From contig JAJPGV010000039.1 in assembly GCA_021325635.1 (NCBI GenBank), positions 23,668 to 87,667 of the forward strand: 64,000 bases of DNA, read 5' to 3'. The notes beneath the pieces are model-generated. The model saw nothing but the letters and a program-made list of their open reading frames with translations, searched no databases and had not been told where the DNA came from. Each line of letters starts with the position of its first letter. Position 1 is the stretch's first letter. The position numbers were made by a program, and so were the translations under genes. Below are positions 56,957-64,000 of this stretch, piece after piece. Source of the stretch: Chloroflexota bacterium (GTDB lineage Bacteria > Chloroflexota > JAJPGV01).

Positions 56957-57227
56957 TGGCTTCATCGCCGGGCGGCGGCCGGTCCGGATCCTCGGTGTCG
57001 AGCCACTCCACGTCCATCTCGGAGCGCTCGTCCAACGCCTGGCCCAGCACCTGCAGCAGGTGCTCGCTTGCCCCGTGCTGCTCGAGCACTTCAAAGGTCA
57101 CGTGATCGATGAAGTAGTCCCGATCGTCTGGCGACTCCTCTTCGAATTCATCCACCAGGAAGCGCAGCTCGTCCTCGCTGATCTCGGCCAGCTCGGCGCC
57201 CGTCGCCTTGTCGAGCAGCAGGATCAT
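56949..57227 (-). CDS. Small acidic conserved hypothetical protein
   Basis: ISEDELRFLVDEFEEES..DRDYFID; overlaps both neighbours. Confidence 0.75.
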   Translation of the reverse strand: MILLLDKATGAELAEISEDELRFLVDEFEEESPDDRDYFIDHVTFEVLEQHGASEHLLQVLGQALDERSEMDVEWLDTEDPDRPPPGDEANG

Positions 57228-57679
57228 CCGGCGTCCTGCGGCTTGGCCACGGCGCCGCGCGCGATCCTCACCTGCGCCGGGCGGAGGACGCGGTCACCTC
57301 TGCGGTAGCCCTTCCTGCTGAGCGCCAGGATATGGCCTTCCGGCAAATCCGCTCGAGGATCCGAACCGACGACTTCGTGGCTTCCGGGATCGAACTGACT
57401 GCCCTCGGATGGCCTGATCTCCTCGACTCCCCAGCGCTCCAGAAATGACCGGAAGCTGCGATACAGATGCTCGAGACGAGCCCGGCGCACCTCTTCCACG
57501 TAGTCGGGAGCGCTCTTGAGCGCCGCCTCAAGGTCGTCGACAATCGGCAGGAGGTCCCGCAGCAGTGCGACCGCGGTCTCCTCCGCCGCTTCTCGCCGAG
57601 GGTCGTCAGCGCAGCCGCGAAGCGCCCCCGAATCAGGCCCGCGCTCGGACAGCATGCGGTCCCCTTGCGCTTCCTGCAC
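57224..57679 (-). CDS. grpE: GrpE-like nucleotide exchange factor (N-terminally short)
   Basis: LLPIVDDLEAAL, FDPGSHEVV, KGYRRGDRVLRPAQV. Alternative start ATG at 57655. Confidence 0.85.
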   Translation of the reverse strand: MQEAQGDRMLSERGPDSGALRGCADDPRREAAEETAVALLRDLLPIVDDLEAALKSAPDYVEEVRRARLEHLYRSFRSFLERWGVEEIRPSEGSQFDPGSHEVVGSDPRADLPEGHILALSRKGYRRGDRVLRPAQVRIARGAVAKPQDAG

Positions 57680-57696
57680 CAGCCATCCCCAGATCG

Positions 57697-58188
57697 CTAG
57701 CGGGACTGGACGTGGATCTGCTTGGGCTTGGAGGACTCGGCCTTCGGCAGGATCAATCGCAGAACACCGTTCTCGAAGCGGGCCTCAGCTTTGTCGGCTT
57801 CGACCGGCGATGGCAGGCTGAACGAGCGCGTGAACGAGCCATAGCGGTGTTCCCGATAGATGGTCCGCTCTCCTTCCTTGCGCTCGCGCTCTTCCTTTCG
57901 TTCGCCCTCGATAGTCAGGACGTTGTTCTGGAGGCTGATCTTGACCTCATCCGGTTTGATACCCGGCAGCGAGGCCTCGATGATGTACTCATTCTCTGTC
58001 TCCGACATATCCACGGGCGGGAAGGTCATGGCGCCGCCGTCGCCGAAGATGCTCCAGGGCACCATGCTGGTATCGACCAAACGGTTCATCGCATCACGCA
58101 GCGACGTCATCTCTCGAAAGGGATTCCAGCGCGTCAACGCTCCCGGTTCACGCGTCAACGCGCCCGATTCAGTGGATGCTGAGGCCAT
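57697..58188 (-). CDS. Hsp20 small heat shock protein
   Basis: SLRDAMNRL, PVDMSET, YGSFTRSFSLP, FENGVLRL.LPK. Confidence 0.95.
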   Translation of the reverse strand: MASASTESGALTREPGALTRWNPFREMTSLRDAMNRLVDTSMVPWSIFGDGGAMTFPPVDMSETENEYIIEASLPGIKPDEVKISLQNNVLTIEGERKEERERKEGERTIYREHRYGSFTRSFSLPSPVEADKAEARFENGVLRLILPKAESSKPKQIHVQSR

Positions 58189-58480
58189 ATAGTGTCTCCT
58201 TGCCTTAGTTGTCGTGTCGATATGGGTCGAAGACTAGGACCCGCATGCTGGAGGCCAGCAAGACCTGTGCAAGACGTTCGTTGGCATTGGCCTCCGCCAC
58301 CTACCTCAGGACAGGCGGCGGACACTCGGCCAAGCCGGGCGTACGTCTTGCAGGCCTCCCGCGGGCAGGCCGGCTGCAACATCGCCGCACTTTTCTAACG
58401 AAGGATTTGCCGGCTGCTGATGGTTCTCTAGCAGGTCCCCACCTACGTTTTCAGTGAGATACCGCTCGAAGGGAGACGAC

Positions 58481-59167
58481 ATGGCTACAGCAACGGCCCC
58501 CCGTTCTGAAACGAGAAGCGACGAGGAGATCCAGCGAGACGTCCTAGCCGAGATGAAGTGGGACGCACGAGTTCAACCCAACGAGATCGGCGTGGCGGTC
58601 AAAGACGGGGTGGTCACGCTTACCGGGTTCGTCGACAGCTACACCAAGCGCTGGGCTGCTGAAGAGGCGGCCCACCGGGTTCGAGGTGTCAAGGCGGTTG
58701 CCAATGACGTCGAGGTTCGACTGTCGAGCTCGACAGAACGAAGCGATCCCGACATCGCCGCCGCTGCCACCCGAGCCCTGGAATGGGATGCCTTCGTCCC
58801 CATCGACAAGCTCGACGTCACGGTCTCCAAAGGCTGGGTGACGCTCAAGGGCGAAGTCGAATGGCAATTTCAGAAGGAAGACGCGGAGCGGGTGGTGCGC
58901 CGCCTCTCCGGCGTCCGCGGTGTGACCAACCTCATCATGGTCAAGCCACGACTGACGGCGGCCGACCTCAAGCAGAAGATCGAGCAGGCGCTGGTGCGCA
59001 GCGTCGAGACCGATGCTGAGCGAATCACGGTCGAAGTCCAGGGCACCAAGGTCATCCTGAAGGGCACCGTCAAGTCGTACGCCGAGAAACAGGAAGCCGA
59101 GCGAGCCGCCTGGTCCGCGCCCGGGGTCACGTCGGTGGACAACCGCATCACCATCTCGTACTCCTGA
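58481..59167 (+). CDS. Triple BON-domain (OsmY-like) protein, close paralogue of 48355-49038
   Basis: Long identical stretches, e.g. [17 protein letters not shown] and [18 protein letters not shown]. Confidence 0.92.
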   Translation: MATATAPRSETRSDEEIQRDVLAEMKWDARVQPNEIGVAVKDGVVTLTGFVDSYTKRWAAEEAAHRVRGVKAVANDVEVRLSSSTERSDPDIAAAATRALEWDAFVPIDKLDVTVSKGWVTLKGEVEWQFQKEDAERVVRRLSGVRGVTNLIMVKPRLTAADLKQKIEQALVRSVETDAERITVEVQGTKVILKGTVKSYAEKQEAERAAWSAPGVTSVDNRITISYS

Positions 59168-59394
59168 GCGGCCAGACCGAGCCGCCATCCGGCCAGTGGC
59201 CGCTCATCGACAAGGTGGCGGACAGCCCGGACGAGCAGCCGCCGCCAGACTTCCCCAACTGCGCCGCCGGCACCTGGGGCCTGCCGCCGCCGCGATGCTC
59301 GTCCTCGACGGCGGATCCTAGCGTACCGACTGGGGTGCGGCGGGAAATGGTCAGCGTTGCGAGGGCTCGCGCCGGGCCTGCGTCAGCCGGCGGC

Positions 59395-60670
59395 TCAGCA
59401 CTCGGAAAGGTAGGCGTGGACGAGGCGCAGGGCGATGGCGCCGTCGCCGACGGCTGAGGCTACGCGCTCGACCGACCCATGGCGCACGTCACCAGCAGCG
59501 AAAATGCCTGGCACGCTGGTTTCCAACAGGTACGGCTCCCGATCGGCGGGCCAACCTTCCTGTCCGCCGTCGGTGAGCAGATCGCGGCCAGTTAACAGAT
59601 AGCCGCCGCCATCGCGCCGCAAGATCCCGGCGACCGGAGCCGTTTGCGGGACGCCTCCAATGAGAATGAACAGGGCGGCGGCTCGGAGGCGCTCCTTTTC
59701 GCCCGCGGCGTTCCTCACGATGATGGCCTCGAGGCAGTCCTTGCCTTCCACGGCGACGAGCTCGGCGTTGAGGCGAACCGTGATGTTGTCGTTCGTCTCG
59801 AGCCGGCGGATGAGGTAGTGGGACATCGATTTCGCGAGGCTGCCTCCACGGACGAGCATCGTTACGCTGTGCGCAAAGCGGGACAGATTCAGCGCCGTTT
59901 GCCCGGCAGAGTTGCCGCCACCGACCACGTAGACGTCCGCGTCGCGATAGAGATGACACTCGCTCGGTGCAGCGCCGTAGTAGACGCCGGCATCGGCTAG
60001 CCGCGAAACGCCCTCGACTTCCAGCTGGCGGTACTCCACCCCGGTCGCCACGACGGCGCAGCGGCAATGAACCTGGGGGCCATGATCAAGCTCGAAGCAG
60101 AACGGCGAGGTCAGCGAGCTGGCCGATACCAGCGGCGTTCCAATGACGATCTCCGCACCGAATTTGCGTGCCTGCCGCAGGGAACGCTCGGCCAGCTCGG
60201 TACCGCCGATACCGTCCGGGAAGCCCAGGTAATTTTTCGATGCGCGCGCTCGTGCCCGCCTGCCCACCCGGAGCATTGGCTTCAACGAGCAGAGTCGCCA
60301 GGCCTTCGGACGCGGCGTAGACCGCCGCCGTGAGCCCCGCGGGCCCCGCCCCAAAGATGGCCACGTCGTACAGCTGCTGCCGAGGCTTGGACAGCAAGCC
60401 CAGACGTGCTGCCAGCTCCATCTTGGACGGTCGCTCCAGGTGCGTCCCGTCCTCGAACAGGCAGACCGGGAGGTCAGTCGATTGCAGCGTTTCGGTGCTG
60501 CGAAGGAATCGTGCCACGGGGTGGCGCTCGACGTCGACCCACTCGAAGTCGACTCGATTGCGGGTGAGGAAATCGCGCAGCCGGTGAGTCTCGGGCGAAG
60601 TGAGTGTGCCGACCAGCACGATCCTGCCGGGCTGTGGCCGAGAATCCTCAACCGTCTCCGAGCTTCCCAT
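59395..60670 (-). pseudogene. Thioredoxin-reductase-like FAD oxidoreductase with an N-terminal glutaredoxin-like domain; +1 frameshift at 60233-60237
   Basis: GAGPAGLTAAVYAASEG...GGQAGTSARIE continues as NYLGFPDG in another frame. The minus strand reads atc gaa aaa tta c where atc gaa aat tac is expected. Later motifs VGGGNSAG and GIFAAGDV are intact. Confidence 0.85.
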
Positions 60671-60827
60671 CGAAGCCGAGCCAGCACAGCGCGCGCCAGG
60701 CTGAGCGGTTGGCAGCGCCAAATCGCCACCGCAGACCAAACTCTATGGCTTTTCTTGCGTTGCTCCTACATCGCTCTGGCCTGGCCGGCGATACGCTCCG
60801 AACCATCCACAGACACAGGAGCTTTCT

Positions 60828-61271
60828 ATGGCTATCGAGACGCTGTACGGACCGCCCAGCATGATGAGTCTTCGCGATGCTATGAACCGCCTGGTTGAGG
60901 GCAGTGTGGTCCAGCCCACGGAAGGGGGCGAGGAGCAGCGCGTGGGCATGCTGCCCGTCGACGTCTATGAGACGGACGACGAGTACATCGTCAGGGCGTC
61001 CGTGCCCGGAGTGCTGCCCGAGCAGGTGCAGATCTCGGTCGTCGAGGGCACGGTCAGCATCCAAGCCGAGCGGAAGGAGCCAGAGGTCCCCGGACAGTGC
61101 CTGCTGCAAGAACGGTCTCAAGGGACCTTCACCCGCCGGCTTACGTTCCCTACGCCCCTGAATCCGGACGCCGCCAAGGCCGAGTACGAGCACGGCGTCC
61201 TTACCCTCCGGCTGCCAAAAGCAGAGTTCGCTAAGCCCAAGCAGATCTCGGTAACGGCCAAGACGCAGTAG
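60828..61271 (+). CDS. Hsp20 small heat shock protein
   Basis: SLRDAMNRL, PVDVYET, AEYEHGVLTLRLPK. Confidence 0.93.
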   Translation: MAIETLYGPPSMMSLRDAMNRLVEGSVVQPTEGGEEQRVGMLPVDVYETDDEYIVRASVPGVLPEQVQISVVEGTVSIQAERKEPEVPGQCLLQERSQGTFTRRLTFPTPLNPDAAKAEYEHGVLTLRLPKAEFAKPKQISVTAKTQ

Positions 61272-61289
61272 GCCGGGAGTCTCTGTCCC

Positions 61290-62051
61290 ATGGGCTCGGC
61301 GGTCCCCAACCGCGGCCAGGCTGGCAAGGTAACGGACGCCGCCCAGCGATCGCAATCACCATCGAGTCCCGGCAGCGACCAGTCCCAGGCGTTCCAGGCC
61401 GACGTCGAGACGGCGCTGCCGGGACTCCGCGCCTTCCTTCGTCGCGAGCGGCTCTACCACGTGAGCGCGGGCGACCTGCAAGCTGCTGAAGTCTCGACCA
61501 CAGAATTGGTCGACGACGTGCTTGCCGAAGCATGGCGGCGCCGCAGCCAGCGCCCACCTAGTCTTTCGTTCCATGCCTGGCTGGTGAGTCTGGCGGTGGA
61601 CGTCATCCGCCGCCGAGTCGAGCGCGCGCGACGCCGGCGGGCGGCGCGGCAGCTCGTTGTCCCACTGGAGCGAGCCAAGCCCCAGTGGGACGAGGGCGAC
61701 GACCCCTATCTTCGGCCGCTTTCCGATGACCTGGTGACCCTGGCCGATTTGGTCCCTAACCCTGAGTCGCCTGTCCCCGACGACGTCCTGGAAAGCGCGG
61801 AGGTCCAGCGGCGGCTGATGCGACTGCTCGACCTGCTGCCCCGGCGCTGGCGGCAAACGTTTGTGCTGTTCGCCCTGGAGTGCCTATCGATCCGTGAAAT
61901 AGCCTCGATCCAGAGCCGCGCCGAGGAGGGCGTCGAGCGTGACATCGATCGCGCGCGAGACTTCCTGGCCGCGCACATCGAGGACGAGTACGAGGAGCTG
62001 CTTGCCGGGCGAGTAACCCGTGACAGTCGGCCAGGAGCGGGTGAGGCATGA
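61290..62051 (+). CDS. Divergent sigma-70 (ECF-like) RNA polymerase sigma factor
   Basis: Region 2-like ELVDDVLAEAW...FHAWL; region 4 LDLLPRRWRQTFVLFALECLSIREIA...ARDFL. Confidence 0.7.
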   Translation: MGSAVPNRGQAGKVTDAAQRSQSPSSPGSDQSQAFQADVETALPGLRAFLRRERLYHVSAGDLQAAEVSTTELVDDVLAEAWRRRSQRPPSLSFHAWLVSLAVDVIRRRVERARRRRAARQLVVPLERAKPQWDEGDDPYLRPLSDDLVTLADLVPNPESPVPDDVLESAEVQRRLMRLLDLLPRRWRQTFVLFALECLSIREIASIQSRAEEGVERDIDRARDFLAAHIEDEYEELLAGRVTRDSRPGAGEA

Positions 62052-63289
62052 TCCGGCCGCCGGTCCGGCTGCGCAGCAATGAGGTGGTCACCCATCTCTT
62101 CAAGCCCTCGAGGAAGCACGAGCTGCCGCGAGAGTACCGCGAGGCGGTGCTGCGCAGCGTTATCGAAAGAGCGCAGCGGCCGCAAGCGCCTCCCATCACG
62201 CAGAGTTATCTCGAACAGCTGCAGCATCTGGATTCCCGTGGCCACCGCGTATTGAGCGTGTATCTCGAGATTCCCGAAGACCCGCGCATGAGGATGGAGC
62301 TGGGCGCGCTGGTGGAGGATCTGGCACGCGAGCATGGCGGGCAGTCGGAGGAGCTGGAGCGCGAAGTGGGCTTGGTCCAGGAATTCTTGCGAGAGCGTCA
62401 AGAGTGGCCGGGCCGGGGCCTTGCGCTGTACTCCTGCCAGCCTGTCTCTTTTTGGCAGGAGTACTGGCTGCCGGTGCGTATGCCCAACATCCTGCGTTTC
62501 GACGCGAAGCCGGCAATTCGCCCGCTCGTGGCGGTGCTCGACGACTACGAGCGTTATGCCGTCCTGCTGGTCGATACACGGCAGGCCAGGCTGTTCAGCG
62601 TGTTCATGGGGAGCATCGAGGAGCACCTCGAATTCCTCGACGAGGACGTCATCCCCAAGAGCAAGAAGGGCCCGCCCGGCCGATCCGAAACCCACTACCT
62701 CATGCATCAGCGCTGGCACCTCAAGCGGGTCGTGGACAAGCTGGACGACTTCTACGAGCGCCATCCGTTCGACCGTCTCGTGGTCGCCGGCCCGGAGGAG
62801 ACGACCAGCACGCTGCGCGAGCTCCTGCCCGATCCGCTCGCGCGGCGCTTCGCGGGCTCGTTCGAAGCTTCAATGGACGACACCGCGGCCTCAATCCTGG
62901 AAGAGACCCTGGCGATCGAGGAGCGGCTGGAGCGCGAGCAGGAGCTGGAGCTGATCGACGAGCTGATCGTCGTGGCCAGCCGCGGCGGACGCGCCGTAGT
63001 CGGCGTGGACGACACGCTTGAAGCGCTGCTGCTCACCCGAGTGCACAAGCTCGTCGTGGCCCACGGTCTGCAGCTGTCGGGCTGGGCCTGCCCGCGCGAC
63101 CAGTACCTATCGGCCAAACCAATCGATCGCTGCCCATGGTGCGGCACTCAAATGATGGCGGTCGACGATCTGGCCGACCGGGCGATTCAGAAGGCGATCG
63201 ACCTCGAAGGGCTGGTGGATGTCGTGGGCGGGGAGGCGGCCGACCGGCTGCGCAAGCATGGCGGCATGGGCGCGGTGCTGAGGTTCTGA
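62048..63289 (+). CDS. Bacterial aeRF1-like protein (baeRF10/Balon-like), second paralogue
   Basis: VLSVYL, IRPLVAVLDDYERY, FDRLVVAGP, CPRD...CPWC, GGMGAVLRF. Confidence 0.8.
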   Translation: MIRPPVRLRSNEVVTHLFKPSRKHELPREYREAVLRSVIERAQRPQAPPITQSYLEQLQHLDSRGHRVLSVYLEIPEDPRMRMELGALVEDLAREHGGQSEELEREVGLVQEFLRERQEWPGRGLALYSCQPVSFWQEYWLPVRMPNILRFDAKPAIRPLVAVLDDYERYAVLLVDTRQARLFSVFMGSIEEHLEFLDEDVIPKSKKGPPGRSETHYLMHQRWHLKRVVDKLDDFYERHPFDRLVVAGPEETTSTLRELLPDPLARRFAGSFEASMDDTAASILEETLAIEERLEREQELELIDELIVVASRGGRAVVGVDDTLEALLLTRVHKLVVAHGLQLSGWACPRDQYLSAKPIDRCPWCGTQMMAVDDLADRAIQKAIDLEGLVDVVGGEAADRLRKHGGMGAVLRF

Positions 63290-63798
63290 TGGCCAGCGCC
63301 AACTCTCCGGAAGTGGTCGTCTACACCACGCCCACCTGCCCCTGGTGCGGCCGCACCAAGGCCTGGCTCTCGCAGCACGGCCTGTCCTTCATTGAAAAGG
63401 ACGTGTCTCGTGACCGCGCGGCAGCCGAAGAGATGGTACGCCGCTCGGGGCAAATGGGTGTGCCGGTAACTGCGTTCGACGGACAGATCGTGGTCGGCTT
63501 CGATCAACCTCGGCTGGAGCGGCTGCTGTCGGCCGCCACCGCACAGGTTCGATTGGGCGCGACGGTGGCCAGCGATCCGGGCGGAGGAGTGCGGGTCGGC
63601 CAGGTTCACCCCGGCTCTCGTGCAGCGGCCGCGGGACTGCAGCCCGGTGACGTCATCGTGGCGATCAACGGGCAGCCTATCGGCACGGTGGACGAGTTCC
63701 AGCGGCGCTGGCGCACGCTGGCATCGCTGGCCGGCCGGCTGCGTTTGAGCGTACGGCGAGACGGCGCCGAGCGGAGCGTTGAAATTCCGCTGACCTAG
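63289..63798 (+). CDS. Glutaredoxin (NrdH/YruB-like) fused to a PDZ domain
   Basis: YTTPTCPWC, SGQMGVPV, VGFD; PDZ VHPGSRAAAAGLQPGDVIVAING. Confidence 0.9.
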   Translation: MASANSPEVVVYTTPTCPWCGRTKAWLSQHGLSFIEKDVSRDRAAAEEMVRRSGQMGVPVTAFDGQIVVGFDQPRLERLLSAATAQVRLGATVASDPGGGVRVGQVHPGSRAAAAGLQPGDVIVAINGQPIGTVDEFQRRWRTLASLAGRLRLSVRRDGAERSVEIPLT

Positions 63799-63804
63799 GC
63801 TGAC

Positions 63805-63999
63805 TTAGGTTCGAGGCTGTCGATCTGCCGGGCCCGCACCGGTGCTTTGACGCTCATCCGGATTGCGTCGAGCCACCTTGACCGTGGACGGCCGAAGGAC
63901 CTCCTCGTACAAGCGGTAACCCGGCTGCAGCTCCTCGACAACGACGTCTTCGCCAAGCTCGTCCTCCGGCTCCTGCCGGCCTGCTGCCTGGTGCAGGCC
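63805..63999 (-). CDS. grpE: C-terminal part of a second GrpE-like protein (5' end outside the window)
   Basis: Manual translation: ...LHQAAGRQEPEDELGEDVVVEELQPGYRLYEEVLRPSTVKVARR...*; absent from the ORF track. Confidence 0.75.
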   Translation of the reverse strand, partial: GLHQAAGRQEPEDELGEDVVVEELQPGYRLYEEVLRPSTVKVARRNPDERQSTGAGPADRQPRT

Positions 64000-64000
64000 G

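Noticed and set aside
1-64000. Prophage, IS, integron or defence island
   Set aside because: No integrase, transposase, phage structural or recognisable defence genes were seen; the SLOG protein is a stand-alone TIGR00725-like type.

Overview
High-GC bacterial chromosomal segment, probably from a monoderm Chloroflexota-like organism (inference from the GT-C glycosyltransferase architecture, the lipoprotein solute-binding proteins and the Pro/Thr-rich FnIII surface protein). I found no rRNA, tRNA, CRISPR array or mobile element. The window has four main parts. (i) A stress/dormancy island at about 14-26 kb: pyridoxamine-oxidase-like protein, SLOG protein, BON proteins, two USPs, an aeRF1/Balon-like factor, S2P-CBS protease, Hsp20 and a LonC-type protease. 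(ii) An anaerobic Ni-CO dehydrogenase operon, cooF-cooS-cooC-FAD/NAD(P) oxidoreductase, running directly into the membrane transhydrogenase pntAA-pntAB-pntB (26.7-34.5 kb). CooS has the CxxC D-cluster signature and CooF has a His-rich tail. (iii) A DUF2249-membrane protein-DUF59-NnrS-Crp/Fnr cluster at 36.7-40.6 kb. (iv) A second stress island at 46-64 kb: groESL, LigD split into three genes next to Fpg/Nei with no Ku, two stand-alone GrpE paralogues, a Gre/Gfh1-like factor, two Hsp20s, a sigma-like protein, a second aeRF1-like factor, glutaredoxin-PDZ and a frameshifted TrxB-like gene. A degenerate AT-rich tetramer repeated three to four times at exact 11-bp spacing precedes about nine promoters, including the coo-pnt operon, which suggests a shared regulon. 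Two genes carry single-base homopolymer frameshifts (about 18253 and about 60235). All calls come from motif recognition by eye; no database searches were run.
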